Assembly: GCA_965219445.1 (NCBI GenBank)
Contig: CBDCNQ010000005.1
Location: 96,001-160,000, forward strand
DNA length: 64,000 bases
Source: Longimicrobiales bacterium
Lineage (GTDB): Bacteria; Gemmatimonadota; Gemmatimonadetes; Longimicrobiales; Gaopeijiaceae
Direction: 5' to 3'
The notes under the pieces are model-generated. The model was given only the letters and a program-made list of their open reading frames with translations. It ran no database searches and was not told the origin of the DNA. The position numbers were made by a program, and so were the translations under genes. Positions within the stretch are counted from its first letter, which is position 1; every line of letters starts with the position of its first letter. Shown in pieces: positions 31,380 through 42,057 of the stretch.

Positions 31380-32428
31380 CGTCCGATGTCGACGTGGGGT
31401 CCGCGGTGGAGGGGAACGGCGCGTCCGACGCCGAGGCGCTCCTCGACGTTCGAGACCTGACGAAGTATTTCCCGATCCATGGGGGGGTCCTGGGGCGTAG
31501 TGTGGAACAGGTCAGGGCGGTGGATGGCGTGAGCTTCCGGCTCCGACGCGGGGAGACCCTCGGACTCGTGGGGGAGTCCGGTTGCGGAAAGTCCACTACA
31601 GGGAGAGCCATCCTCCGTCTTATCGAGCCGACGGGCGGGCGTGTGCTCTTCGATGGTCAGAATCTCGAGGAGCTCGATCGCGCCCAGTTCCGAGCGTTTC
31701 GGCGACGCGCACAGATCGTCTTTCAGGATCCCTTCGGGTCGCTCAATCCGCGGATGACGATAGGCGGTATGCTCGCTGAGGTTCTCAGCGTACACGGGTT
31801 GGGCGAGACGGGTGTGGATCGGTTGGCCCGTGTCCGAGAGCTACTCGAGCTCGTAGGCCTACACGCGGAGCACGGAGGCCGCTATCCGCACGAGTTCAGT
31901 GGCGGCCAGCGGCAACGCATCGGAATCGCTCGCGCGCTGGCCGTTGAGCCGGAGTTCATCGTGTGCGATGAGCCGGTCTCGGCGCTGGACGTATCCGTCC
32001 AGGCCCAGGTGATCAATCTTCTCCGGGATCTCCAAACCGACCTCGGCCTCACGTACCTTTTCATCGCTCACGACCTCGCTGTCGTCGAGTATATGAGCGA
32101 TCGTGTGGCGGTCATGTATCTCGGCAAGATCGTCGAGATGGCTACGGCCCAGGACCTGTACAAGAACCCGCTTCACCCGTATACCCGGGCACTTCTTTCA
32201 GCCGCTCCAAGACGCGATCCGCAGGCGGGACCGATGCACGAGCGTATTAGACTATCCGGAGATGTCCCCAGTCCGATACGACCGCCATCGGGATGTCCGT
32301 TCTACGCCCGATGCCCCCACCCCGGGAAGAACGAGGAGTGCCAGCGGGTCGTGCCTCTCCTGGAGGAGAAGGCACCGAATCACCTAGCCGCCTGCGGCAA
32401 GAATCCAATGCCTGCGGGCGGGGCTTGA
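31376..32428 (+). CDS. Peptide ABC transporter ATPase OppF/DppF
   Basis: Motifs [30 protein letters not shown] and PPSGCPF. Confidence 0.95.
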   Translation: MTSDVDVGSAVEGNGASDAEALLDVRDLTKYFPIHGGVLGRSVEQVRAVDGVSFRLRRGETLGLVGESGCGKSTTGRAILRLIEPTGGRVLFDGQNLEELDRAQFRAFRRRAQIVFQDPFGSLNPRMTIGGMLAEVLSVHGLGETGVDRLARVRELLELVGLHAEHGGRYPHEFSGGQRQRIGIARALAVEPEFIVCDEPVSALDVSVQAQVINLLRDLQTDLGLTYLFIAHDLAVVEYMSDRVAVMYLGKIVEMATAQDLYKNPLHPYTRALLSAAPRRDPQAGPMHERIRLSGDVPSPIRPPSGCPFYARCPHPGKNEECQRVVPLLEEKAPNHLAACGKNPMPAGGA

Positions 32429-32515
32429 CAGGGTTGACGAGCACCGGCAGGTTCGGACTTCCGAAAATCGAGAGCTGTCGCCTTCAATGGCGGCCCCCCT
32501 AACGTTCTAGAAATT

Positions 32516-33235
32516 TTGCTGGAGGTCCTTTTGGTCGGTGTGATACGTGTATACAGTGCGTTACTGCAGATCCCCGGAATAGACGCCCCGCAGTTGACCC
32601 TGTCCGAACAGGCTGTGACGCTTTGGGACGACATGGGATTCATGCGTGTGCCCTTGGCCATTTGCGTAGTCATCGGCTTTATCGTCATCCTGTGGAAGTT
32701 CTTCGACCTTCTCGCCAAGTCGTCAAAGACGAAAAAGATTCTGGCCGAGGTCGACGGGCTCCTGGAAGAGCACCGCATCGATGAGGCGCTCGAGGCGACC
32801 CGGAACTCGGATGCACCGGCCGCGAAGATTCTCTATGCTGGTCTGGACCGGCATGAGGAAGGCACGGAGCGGGTGATGAAGGCGATCGAGAACCAGGGCC
32901 TCATCGAGTTGAGCAAGCTGGAGTCGTTGCTGGTGGTCCTGGCTACGCTCACCAACGTGGCCCCGCTTCTCGGCTTCCTCGGAACCGTGATCGGAATGAT
33001 CATCGCGTTCCAATCCATCGAGGCTGCAGGCGAGGTTGAGGCTACGCTGGTTGCCGGCGGGATCAAGGTGGCGTTGCTCACGACTGCGACGGGACTCATC
33101 ATCGCGATTCCGGTGAGCATCTCGCACAATTTTTTCGTGGCGCGTATCGACAGCTTGGTCATCGACATGGAGGAGTCGGCTCAGAAGATGATCGACATGC
33201 TCCATGCCATGGAGGCGGATCGCGCGCGGTCGTAA
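32516..33235 (+). CDS. MotA/TolQ/ExbB proton channel family protein
   Basis: Motifs APLLGFLGTVIGMI.AF and AGGIKVALLTTATGLIIAIP. Confidence 0.93.
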   Translation: MLEVLLVGVIRVYSALLQIPGIDAPQLTLSEQAVTLWDDMGFMRVPLAICVVIGFIVILWKFFDLLAKSSKTKKILAEVDGLLEEHRIDEALEATRNSDAPAAKILYAGLDRHEEGTERVMKAIENQGLIELSKLESLLVVLATLTNVAPLLGFLGTVIGMIIAFQSIEAAGEVEATLVAGGIKVALLTTATGLIIAIPVSISHNFFVARIDSLVIDMEESAQKMIDMLHAMEADRARS

Positions 33236-33256
33236 CAGTCCGTGGGTACGACGCAG

Positions 33257-33287
33257 AGGGGTCACCCGAAAGGGTGACCCCTTTTTC
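33257..33287 (+). terminator. Rho-independent terminator
   Basis: AGGGGTCACCC-GAAA-GGGTGACCCCT followed by a T-run. Confidence 0.9.
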
Positions 33288-33396
33288 TATTCCCACAATT
33301 CGGCAGTATTATTAGATAGTCGCCTCTTGGTGGTATCTGTTTTTCGAAATGAAATATATGTTTCCGGACTCCCTTCACGCTGGGTAGTGCTGTTCA

Positions 33397-35799
33397 GTGA
33401 AATTCCTCGGATCGATCCTGGTTGTCTTGGCGCTGTGGGCAGGCGCTCCCACGGCTCCGCCCTTTGCGGATTTCCCGGCTGGCCTCGACACGCGCTCTTC
33501 TGCTGAAGACGGAGGGTACGCCGCTATTCGGTCCTCGGCCACCCTCCCCCACCGCGGATACGCTCCTGACCCTACGGTTGACTCAGCCAGAGCCGAGTTG
33601 GAAGCAGGAAGGTATTGGCACGCCACTCAGATATTACGAGAGCTCGCATCCGACGGGGCCGTCCTGACCCCGCCAGACGTGCTCCTGCTCGCTCGAGCCG
33701 ACGCGGGCTGGGAAAATTGGGATGATGTGCTGGCGGGATTGGAAGAGGCCGACTGGCTCGATGGGATCGGAGGCGGAGAAGGCAGGCTGCTGCTGGCGCG
33801 TGCGCTCGAGGCGGCGGAGCGTTGGGATGAGGCGGCTGAACAATACAAGCGCTTCCGGTCGACCGGAGCGATGGCGTCGGAAACTCCATGGGCAGCTTCC
33901 CGGGAGGCGCAGGTCGCGGCGCGGGCCGGCCTTTGGGTGCCGATGCTTGACGCTTTAGCGGTGGCAGGCCGGCATTCGCCGGAGTTGGCGAAATGGACCG
34001 TTTTCCACTCGGCCCGCAACTTCCTCGAACAGGGAGAGGGTCAACAGACGTTACGGATTCTCCCCCTCTTGAGGGGAGACTCCGCTATCGCCGAGTTGGC
34101 GTGGGACTTCGAGGCACGTGCCTGGCTGGTGGCCGGAGACACGGCCCGCGCGCTGGAGCGGTACGCCGAGCTTGCCAGTGGGGATCTGAGGGCTGCCCAA
34201 CGTGGTGAAGCGATGGAGGCCATCGGTGCTTTGGCCGAGAGAAGGGGGGACATCGGGGCAGCGCACGCCGCGTACGAGGCGTCCTTGGATGCTGATCCAC
34301 GAGGAGCAAGTGGGCCAAGGGCGGCTTGGGGGGTTCTGCGGACCGGTACGGTGGACTCGGAGCAGGCTCTCCGATCGGCTAGAGTTCTGGATCGGGCCAG
34401 GGAGAATCACCAGGCGCTTCAGGCCTATGAGCGACACTTGGCCGAGTTGCCGGAGACAGTCCAGCCCGAACCTGCGGTTCAGTTGGCCCGTGCGCGGCTG
34501 CTTTCGGCGGTCGGGACGCATGAGGCGGCTGTGGTCGAGTTCAGGAAACTGGTGGAGACGGACGACCCTGCTTTCGAGCTCCGCGTCCTCGGTGAGTGGC
34601 GCCGGGCTCGGAGCCGCCAAGGCCGGCGAGACGCGGTCCGAACGATCGACGGATGGATCATCGATCGCTACCCGGAGAGTCGCGAGGCGGTCGATATCGT
34701 GGTAGCACGGGCCAACTCTTCACTGACACGCGGTTCGTACGTGGACGCGGCAGCTGGTTTCGAGCGGGCGATCGCGATGGAGCCGTCGCACGCTTCGGCG
34801 GGTCTGGCCCGAATGCGACTCGGTCAGATCCGTCTTCAACAGAACGATGAAGAAGCGGCCGCCGAGGTGTTCGGTAGCTACCTCGAGGAATTCCCCAACG
34901 GGCGGCGCTGGGCCGAGGCCAGCTACTGGGCGGCTCGAAGTTTGGAGGCCCTTGGCCGCGACGAGGATGCCCAGGAGTACCTGAGCGAGATACGGGACCG
35001 AGACGCCCTGTCTTACTACGGTGTCCTCACATTCGATCTCCTCGAGGAGCCTTTTCGCCCCGATGTGCCGGCCGGGCCGGCCTCGGCGCCCAGACCCTGG
35101 CTTCGAGACGACTTGAGGACGCTCGACTTACTGGTTGCGGCGGGTCTTGATGTGGGAGTGGAGGCCCACATCGACGGACTCATTGCGCGGACCGACGCAT
35201 CGGTTCCGGAAAGCCTCGACTTGGCCGATGCCGTGATTGAGCGGGGTTTCTCCATCAAGGGGATCAGACTTGGGCAGGCTCTGCTGCGCGATGGGGCCCC
35301 GCTGACCAAGCGCCTCCTTCGCATACTGTATCCGTTTCCCTATCGGGAGCTCGTGACCAGAGAGGCGTCTGAGCGCAACATCGATCCACTTTTTCTGGCG
35401 GCTCTGATTCGGCAGGAATCGGCTTTTGCGCCGGCCATTCATTCGCCGGCGGGAGCCATCGGCCTCATGCAAGTGATGCCAGCGACAGGGCGGGGTGTTG
35501 CTCGAAGTCAAGGAATCCGGGGGTTCACGGCTGAGAGTCTCGAGACCGCTGAAATCAACCTCCACTTGGGAACGAGGTTCTGGCTCGACATGGAGCGGCG
35601 TTACTCCGATGGGGAACTGCCGCTGGTGCTGTCCGCGTATAATGCCGGCCCCACACGAGCACGCCGGTGGAGACAGCTTCCGGAGTTCGAGGATCTCCTT
35701 CGATTCACGGAGCGAATTCCCTTCAACGAGACCCGGGGATACGTGAAGGCCATCACTCGTAATGTCGGGCTCTACCATTTTCTATACGCAGACGACTAG
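33397..35799 (+). CDS. TPR-rich soluble lytic transglycosylase (Slt70-like)
   Basis: Signal peptide, a long helical-repeat region, and SLT motifs IRQES, SPAGAIGLMQVMP, AYNAGP and ETRGYV. Confidence 0.92.
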   Translation: MKFLGSILVVLALWAGAPTAPPFADFPAGLDTRSSAEDGGYAAIRSSATLPHRGYAPDPTVDSARAELEAGRYWHATQILRELASDGAVLTPPDVLLLARADAGWENWDDVLAGLEEADWLDGIGGGEGRLLLARALEAAERWDEAAEQYKRFRSTGAMASETPWAASREAQVAARAGLWVPMLDALAVAGRHSPELAKWTVFHSARNFLEQGEGQQTLRILPLLRGDSAIAELAWDFEARAWLVAGDTARALERYAELASGDLRAAQRGEAMEAIGALAERRGDIGAAHAAYEASLDADPRGASGPRAAWGVLRTGTVDSEQALRSARVLDRARENHQALQAYERHLAELPETVQPEPAVQLARARLLSAVGTHEAAVVEFRKLVETDDPAFELRVLGEWRRARSRQGRRDAVRTIDGWIIDRYPESREAVDIVVARANSSLTRGSYVDAAAGFERAIAMEPSHASAGLARMRLGQIRLQQNDEEAAAEVFGSYLEEFPNGRRWAEASYWAARSLEALGRDEDAQEYLSEIRDRDALSYYGVLTFDLLEEPFRPDVPAGPASAPRPWLRDDLRTLDLLVAAGLDVGVEAHIDGLIARTDASVPESLDLADAVIERGFSIKGIRLGQALLRDGAPLTKRLLRILYPFPYRELVTREASERNIDPLFLAALIRQESAFAPAIHSPAGAIGLMQVMPATGRGVARSQGIRGFTAESLETAEINLHLGTRFWLDMERRYSDGELPLVLSAYNAGPTRARRWRQLPEFEDLLRFTERIPFNETRGYVKAITRNVGLYHFLYADD

Positions 35800-35826
35800 C
35801 CTTTTTGGGGCCTCTTGGTCGGAATC

Positions 35827-35856
35827 TTGACGGCTACCGGGTCGGGCCCATAACCT
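35827..35856 (+). promoter_or_regulatory. Putative sigma-70 promoter of cspA
   Basis: TTGACG, an 18-bp spacer, then TAACCT, about 100 bp upstream of the start. Confidence 0.45.
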
Positions 35857-35953
35857 TGAGGGCGGGTTGCCAGACCCGGTCATGGCCTTGGGCCGGATAC
35901 AGAGCCCTGGGCGTGACGAACCATTGTTCCATGCCGCGGAAGGAGTAGGCCGC

Positions 35954-36154
35954 ATGTCCAAAGGGACCGTCAAATGGTTCAACGATTCGAGAGGGTATGG
36001 ATTCATCACTCGACCGGACGGCGATGACCTGTTCGTCCACTTCTCGGCCATCATAACGGATGGCTTTCGCACTCTTACAGAGGGAGAAGAAGTGGAGTTC
36101 GAGCTAGCAGAGACCGAGAACGGATACCAGGCGTCGAATGTAGTCAAGGCCTGA
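35954..36154 (+). CDS. cspA: Cold-shock protein
   Basis: GTVKWFN..RGYGFI (RNP1), DLFVHFSAI (RNP2), and RBS AGGAG. Confidence 0.95.
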   Translation: MSKGTVKWFNDSRGYGFITRPDGDDLFVHFSAIITDGFRTLTEGEEVEFELAETENGYQASNVVKA

Positions 36155-36171
36155 CACCGTCTCGACCGATG

Positions 36172-36213
36172 AAGACGTCCCGGGGTTGAAGATTTCCCTG
36201 GGGCGTTTTTTTT
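36172..36213 (+). terminator. Rho-independent terminator
   Basis: GACGTCCCGGGG...CCCTGGGGCGTT stem followed by a T8 run. Confidence 0.8.
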
Positions 36214-36328
36214 GAACTGCCAACTAGGTGGCTTCTCCCACCATGTGGCCTCGCCTTCCGGGGGCGTCTAAGTTCGTCGATCCATGAGTTCCCAACTCCT
36301 ACAGCTCTGTCATTTAGGGACCTAGTCG

Positions 36329-39169
36329 ATGGATGTCCCCCCCAAGGATCTGCCCCGGCTCTTCCTTATCGATGCCTACGCGCTGATCTACCGGGCGTTC
36401 TTCGCCTTCATCAATCGCCCCCTCACCAACTCCAAGGGTGAGAACACATCTGCCCCATTCGGTTTCGCAAATTTCCTGGTCGAGATTCGTGACAAGTATC
36501 AGCCCGATTATCTCGCGGTCGTGTTCGACGCCGGAAATAGCGGCCGGGAAGAGATCTACCCGGACTACAAGGCGACCCGGGAGAAGATGCCGGACGAGCT
36601 CAGGGCCAGTTTACCCCGTGTGCGTGAGCTCGTGGCCGCGTTTAACGATGCCCTGGTCGAGCTGGATGGGTACGAGGCGGATGATGTGATCGGCACCCTC
36701 GCGGTCAAGGCGAGAGATGCGGGGCTGGAGGCGGTCATTGTTTCCGGCGACAAGGATCTCTATCAGCTCGTGGGGCCCGGTATCCACCTTCTGAACCCCG
36801 GGCGTGGCGGTCGCACGGGTGTGGCCGCCGAATGGGTGGACGAGCGGAATGCTCACGAGAAGTTCGGCATTCCGGCGGACCAGGTAGTCGATTACTTGGC
36901 CTTGATCGGCGACTCCTCCGACAACATCCCCGGAGCCCGGGGCGTTGGGCCCAAGACGGCCCTGAAGCTTCTCGATGAATACGGGAGCGTCGACGAAATT
37001 CTCGAAAACACGAGCGACGTTTCCACCAAGCGCGTACGAGAGTCGCTCACTGAGCATGCAGACCAAGTTCGCATCTCCAAGCAGCTCGTGACGCTCATGA
37101 CGGACCTCGACGTCGAGTTGGATCTGGAGGCTCTGCAAGTGCGCGAGCCGGATCGCCCCAGGCTTCACCGGTTCTTCGCCGAGATGGAATTCCGCCGCCT
37201 CATGGAGCGCTTCGCGCCCGGCGGGGCGCCACCTTCGGATGAGGGGGTGACCGGTGATGTTGATCCCGATTCGCGTCCGAGTGATAACGCCGCAGATACG
37301 GCGCCCACGGCTGGGGACGGGCCTCCGCCGGTCCGTTGCCATCTGGTCATCGGGCCGGACGATGTCGTGGCGTTGGCAGGTCGGGCCCGTGAGGCGGGCC
37401 GGGTGGCCCTCGCGGTGCAAAACGCTTTCCTCGATCCGCATCGCGCTGGTCTGGTGGGCCTTGCGATGGCGGTGGACGTGGGGGAGGCCTCTTATCTCTC
37501 CTTCGGGCACGTGCCTCACGGCGACCCGACACTGGCGTTCGAGTCGACCGGAATCGCCAATCTACCTGAAGTACGCGCCGACGCCCTCGCCGCGCTGGTG
37601 GATCTGTTGGAGGATCCAGGCGTCGAGAAGATCGGAGCCGACCTGAAGACCTCAGCGCTCTCTCTGGCCCGGTCAGGCGTGTGCCTCAGGGGGATGACCT
37701 TCGACGTAACCCTGGCCTCCTACGTTCTCGACCCTGGCCGGCGCAAGCACGATTTGGATGCGCTCTGCCAGGACTTTCTCGGGTTTTCCCGGACGCCCTA
37801 CAACGACGTGGTCGGGACGGGCCAGAAGCGAATCAGCTTTTCGGAGGTGGACCAGGAGAAAGCACGGGACTACGCGGGTCAAGGTGTCGATGCTGCACTC
37901 CGGCTGGCCGAGCGCTTCGCCGGGGATCTCGCAGCTCAGGGGCTGGCCGGACTCTTCGAGGGGCTGGAGATGCCACTCGTACCGGTGCTGGTCGGGATGG
38001 AGCAGAAGGGCATACGTATCGATCCGGCCTTCTTCCAGGCGATGAGCCAACGGCTGGATCGGGACCTGACGCTCATCCGGGACGAGATCTACAAGGTTGC
38101 CGGGTCGGAGTTCAATTTGAACTCTACGCCTCAGCTTCGTGAAGTTCTTTTCGAGCAACAGGGACTACCTGTAATCAAGCGGACGAAGACGGGTCCTTCC
38201 ACGGATTCCTCCGTCTTGGAAGAACTTTCCGTACAGGGGCATGAGATTCCGCGGCTCATGATGGAGTACCGGGAACTCGAGAAGCTGCGGTCGACCTATG
38301 TGGATGCTCTTCCGCAGCTCGTGCTTCCACGAACGGGGAGGATCCACACTTGTTTCAACCAAACTGTGGCGGCTACTGGGCGGCTCTCGTCGAGCGATCC
38401 GAATCTCCAGAACATCCCGATACGAACGGATCTGGGTCGGGAGATCCGCAAGGGATTCATCCCTGCGGAGGGCTGCCTGTTCTATGGAGCGGATTACTCG
38501 CAGGCCGAGCTGCGTATCCTGGCTCACTTCTCCGGGGATGAGCCCTTGGTGCGAGCGTTCACCGAGGGGATCGACGTCCATAGGCAGACCGCTGCCGTCA
38601 TCTTCGATGTTCCCCTCGAGCAAGTGACGTCCGAGCAGCGAGGCCAGGCGAAGACGATCAACTTCGCCACGCTGTATGGACAGGGTGCGTTTTCGCTCGC
38701 CCGACAGCTCGGCATCGGCCGGGAAGAGGCGCAGGCGTTCATCGATCAGTACTTCGAGCGCTTCAGCGGTGTTCGGGTCTATCTGGATGAGCAGGTGGCC
38801 ATCGCTCGCGAGAAGGGATTCGTCGAGACTCTCATGGGGCGGAGGCGCCACATCCCGGAGCTGCAAGCCAAGAACTGGAACGTTCGCCAGTTCGGTGAGC
38901 GAGTTGCCCAGAATACACCCATCCAGGGCACGGCTGCGGACATGATCAAGAAGGCGATGCTTGACGTGGCCGCTGCGTTGGCAGAGGCGGACACGGGGGC
39001 TCGTTTGCTCCTGCAGGTCCACGACGAGCTTCTCTTCGAGGTGCCGAGTGGCGAAGAGGACGGTCTCGCCGAGTTGGTGGTGTCAGGGATGGAGGGTGCC
39101 ATGGAGCTCAGCGTTCCGCTGGTGGCCGAGGGCGGTGTGGGAGAGAATTGGTACGAGACGAAGCATTAG
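36329..39169 (+). CDS. polA: DNA polymerase I
   Basis: 5'-3' exonuclease motifs (YKATR, YEADD, GDKD, GDSSDNIPG) and polymerase motifs ADYSQAELR, AKTINFATLYG and LQVHDEL. Confidence 0.98.
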   Translation: MDVPPKDLPRLFLIDAYALIYRAFFAFINRPLTNSKGENTSAPFGFANFLVEIRDKYQPDYLAVVFDAGNSGREEIYPDYKATREKMPDELRASLPRVRELVAAFNDALVELDGYEADDVIGTLAVKARDAGLEAVIVSGDKDLYQLVGPGIHLLNPGRGGRTGVAAEWVDERNAHEKFGIPADQVVDYLALIGDSSDNIPGARGVGPKTALKLLDEYGSVDEILENTSDVSTKRVRESLTEHADQVRISKQLVTLMTDLDVELDLEALQVREPDRPRLHRFFAEMEFRRLMERFAPGGAPPSDEGVTGDVDPDSRPSDNAADTAPTAGDGPPPVRCHLVIGPDDVVALAGRAREAGRVALAVQNAFLDPHRAGLVGLAMAVDVGEASYLSFGHVPHGDPTLAFESTGIANLPEVRADALAALVDLLEDPGVEKIGADLKTSALSLARSGVCLRGMTFDVTLASYVLDPGRRKHDLDALCQDFLGFSRTPYNDVVGTGQKRISFSEVDQEKARDYAGQGVDAALRLAERFAGDLAAQGLAGLFEGLEMPLVPVLVGMEQKGIRIDPAFFQAMSQRLDRDLTLIRDEIYKVAGSEFNLNSTPQLREVLFEQQGLPVIKRTKTGPSTDSSVLEELSVQGHEIPRLMMEYRELEKLRSTYVDALPQLVLPRTGRIHTCFNQTVAATGRLSSSDPNLQNIPIRTDLGREIRKGFIPAEGCLFYGADYSQAELRILAHFSGDEPLVRAFTEGIDVHRQTAAVIFDVPLEQVTSEQRGQAKTINFATLYGQGAFSLARQLGIGREEAQAFIDQYFERFSGVRVYLDEQVAIAREKGFVETLMGRRRHIPELQAKNWNVRQFGERVAQNTPIQGTAADMIKKAMLDVAAALAEADTGARLLLQVHDELLFEVPSGEEDGLAELVVSGMEGAMELSVPLVAEGGVGENWYETKH

Positions 39170-39317
39170 GTCCCCAGGCACGAGAGTCCCGTCCGGCCAT
39201 CCTCCGGCCCCACGCTGCTCCACACCTTCCGTTGTCCCACTCAACGACAGGTCGCCGCGGACCGTGCTCGATGGAGCTGGCCTGCGAGTCGGCCGCGAAT
39301 TTACGCGGGAGGATGAG

Positions 39318-39668
39318 ATGAGCCGCACCATCAACAAGGTCATTCTCGTAGGCAACGTCGGACGCGATCCCGATGTTTTCGAGACGAAGAGCGGAACCAA
39401 GGTCGTGCACTTGAGTTTGGCGACCAACCGTCCGCCCTTCGGGGACGATGCCGAACAGCGGACCGATTGGCATCGTCTCACACTTTGGGCCGGCCTGGCC
39501 CAGTTCACAGAGGAAAATGTAAAGAAGGGTGATCGGATCTATGTCGAGGGTCGGCTCGAGTACGACACGTACGAGCGCGAGGGTGTGAAGATTCCCACTG
39601 CGGACGTCAACGTACGTGAGTTGGTGCTGCTTACTGCCCGGGAAGCCGAGGTCCAAGCCGCCGCCTGA
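39318..39668 (+). CDS. ssb: Single-stranded DNA-binding protein (short, OB-fold only)
   Basis: NKVILVGNVGRDP, LATN, TDWH, KGDRIYVEGRL, and RBS GGAGG. Confidence 0.92.
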   Translation: MSRTINKVILVGNVGRDPDVFETKSGTKVVHLSLATNRPPFGDDAEQRTDWHRLTLWAGLAQFTEENVKKGDRIYVEGRLEYDTYEREGVKIPTADVNVRELVLLTAREAEVQAAA

Positions 39669-39702
39669 GTTGTCCAGGGCAGCGAACCAGGGGCGGGGCC
39701 TT

Positions 39703-41760
39703 CTATAGCCACTCCCAGAAGCGGCGCTGGACGGAAAAGACGAATTCCCAGTCCCCTCCGTCGTTCAGGCCCCGCCCTACGTCGAAGCGCAGCAGATCCC
39801 AGCCCAGCTTCAAGCCCAACCCGGCGGAGCTCGTCAGCCCGTCTGTGGTTTGGCGGAGCCAGCCGGGGTCGGGAAGAGTGGAGCGGCCAAAGCTCATTAC
39901 ACCGGCCGCACCGAATACATGGACCTTGAGCCAGGGAGCGAGTACTGCCTGGCTGCCCTCAACGCCAAGCAGGGCCATCTGATCACCAATGAACGAGCGA
40001 TAGGGGTACCCCGGTAGGGTATGCCGGCCGCCCAAAAGGAAGAGCGTCTGTACAGGGGCGTTCTTGGTCGAGATACCGACGTGAAGCTCGGCCTCGAGAG
40101 CGGCACCTCTCTGGTGGAGTTCTCGTCGGAGTGCGGTGACCCACCAGAGGGATGCGTATGGCTGATCCTCGATTCGTCCGAGCCGGGCGGTCGCCGAACT
40201 CTCGAACCCACGGGCGGCTGTCCGAGTTGCATACGTCACCTCGGCGGCGCGGTCGTCGCCCTCGTCGACGGACAACACCGGGCGGCTGATCCCCGACTCG
40301 GTCGCCGGGTCCCCCCCGAGCCCATCGTCCACGACGTTGGTCCCGGAGCGATGACGTGCCCACTCGGCGCCCACTTCGAGTCTGCTCGTCGCTCCCAGAC
40401 CCCACCCGTAGCGGACACCCGCTCCCGACGTGAAGTACGGATCCGTGTAGTCGTGGTCAGTGAGGAGCCCACTCAACGTGTTCACGGCTCCACTCGCGCC
40501 CGTGAGTCTGCCGCCCGCGTTCTGAAGCTCGTTCCACCAAGCACTTACCGTAAGCCCGTCTGGAGTGGGGCTCGACCGAAGCTGGAAGGCGAGCTGACCT
40601 TCCTTCCGTTCAAACGCGTAGCCGCCCCGTGACGAGACCCTCCAGGTTGCTCCCAGCCGGAAGGATGTGCCCGCTCCCGTGAAGGACCCCTCGGCACGAT
40701 TGTACCTGTACACGGACGAAACGGACGGTACCTGGAGACGGGCCGGATTCAATCCGCTCAAGTACCGCTTTTCCAAAACGGTCATCGCCTGCTCACGGAT
40801 CGCTTCAATCTCTGGGGAGGGGTCTAGGCCCTCGTCGGAGAGTTGATCGTACAAGCCTGTTTCGAACGGAAAGTTTCTGCGTTCGGCCGCTGGTACCGAA
40901 GTGAACGTCCCCCCGAGAAAGAGGGCCTCGGGAAGCTGCGGGTTGAACTGATAATTCCGAATTTCGAAGCGGCCCCGAATGACGCTACCCCCCAGGAACT
41001 CGACGATCGGGAGTTCTCGCCGGAGCTCGACCTCCTGCCTATAGGGAAGCCAATACCTTCCGTCCCATATGGAGTTGTCCATGGAGATGCGGATGTAATC
41101 CAGGCTCTTATCGACGTATGAAGCGGGAGTAAAGGTGAAGCTCATTCGTACGATGGCGCCGGTCCCCCGTTCCAGGAAAAGGCTTCCGATGACGCTAGGA
41201 GCCTCCGGGTTCCGCGGTCGAATTTCTAGCTCGTAGACCCGAATTTCCATCACCGGGCTCGGAAGCGTCACGGTCAAAGAGTCGGCGAGGCGGTAGTCGT
41301 AAATCGACTCCGACCCGGGTGCGACCGGATGAACTACAGCCTCGACTTCATCGCCATCGCCGAGGCGAATCAAGTCGCCATAGTCATCTTGTACGACGGT
41401 CAAATGGTCGAGGTGATAGGTGATGTTGGTGGGGAGCTCTTTCGCATCACGGCGGCCGACCAACCGCTGCTTGGTTTGGTCGGGCGCTTTCCAAAAGACA
41501 TCGAGCGCGACCTGGTCGGTCTTTACAAGCGTGCGCTCGTCGCGGTCGGTGCGATCGATGAAAAAGTACACGTAGCCGCGTGCGTCGGCCTGGTAGGCCT
41601 GAAAGGCCGAGTCGATCACGGCGGCCTGACGGAGGCTTCGGGCTTGCTGCACGAGCTCGAGCGCCCTGTTACCGTTCCACTCGGACTGGGCCTGGGCGCC
41701 TCCGGCCGACGGCGAGACAAGGGCGGTGAGCACACTTGCGATCGTCGCCGCTGAGCGCAT
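39703..41760 (-). CDS. Exported outer-membrane protein with C-terminal beta-barrel-like region, function unknown
   Basis: Signal peptide (AGGAQA), amphipathic beta-strands, the Omp85-like motif LGGRHTLPGY, and an aromatic C-terminus. ATG at 41760 was chosen over 41808. Confidence 0.7.
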   Translation of the reverse strand: MRSAATIASVLTALVSPSAGGAQAQSEWNGNRALELVQQARSLRQAAVIDSAFQAYQADARGYVYFFIDRTDRDERTLVKTDQVALDVFWKAPDQTKQRLVGRRDAKELPTNITYHLDHLTVVQDDYGDLIRLGDGDEVEAVVHPVAPGSESIYDYRLADSLTVTLPSPVMEIRVYELEIRPRNPEAPSVIGSLFLERGTGAIVRMSFTFTPASYVDKSLDYIRISMDNSIWDGRYWLPYRQEVELRRELPIVEFLGGSVIRGRFEIRNYQFNPQLPEALFLGGTFTSVPAAERRNFPFETGLYDQLSDEGLDPSPEIEAIREQAMTVLEKRYLSGLNPARLQVPSVSSVYRYNRAEGSFTGAGTSFRLGATWRVSSRGGYAFERKEGQLAFQLRSSPTPDGLTVSAWWNELQNAGGRLTGASGAVNTLSGLLTDHDYTDPYFTSGAGVRYGWGLGATSRLEVGAEWARHRSGTNVVDDGLGGDPATESGISRPVLSVDEGDDRAAEVTYATRTAARGFESSATARLGRIEDQPYASLWWVTALRRELHQRGAALEAELHVGISTKNAPVQTLFLLGGRHTLPGYPYRSFIGDQMALLGVEGSQAVLAPWLKVHVFGAAGVMSFGRSTLPDPGWLRQTTDGLTSSAGLGLKLGWDLLRFDVGRGLNDGGDWEFVFSVQRRFWEWL

Positions 41761-42001
41761 CGGGACATTCAGGATATTCGGAATATTCAGGCTATTTCCG
41801 GTATGCATTCCGGTCCGCGGGTCAGGCGATCGACGTCCTCGGGGGATGGGGCGGCTGGCGGGAGCGGCCTCGAGGGTGGTACGTCAGTCACCTGGAACCG
41901 GTTCCCAAAGCTGGTTTGCCGAGTTCCCCTTCAAGAGGGTGATCAGAAAGGGCGGCGGGTCGCCCACGACCATCTATGACTAGCCTCCAACCGTTGGAGC
42001 G

Positions 42002-42029
42002 AAAAAAAACCCCGTCTGGCATGACGGGG
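42002..42029 (-). terminator. Rho-independent terminator of the sigma factor gene
   Basis: On the minus strand, CCCCGTC-N6-GACGGGG followed by T8. Confidence 0.88.
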
Positions 42030-42057
42030 CCCTGGGCTCAGTGGAGACTCCTGCGTG

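Noticed and set aside
41765..41795. 9-bp triple repeat (ATTCAGGAT/ATTCGGAAT/ATTCAGG) as an operator
   Set aside because: Short and degenerate, with no second instance or cognate regulator seen.
41810..42000. Possible structured RNA (minus-strand GAAGGGGAACTCGGCAAACC resembles a 23S rRNA or c-di-GMP-I riboswitch fragment)
   Set aside because: The match is too short, and the remaining conserved elements are missing.
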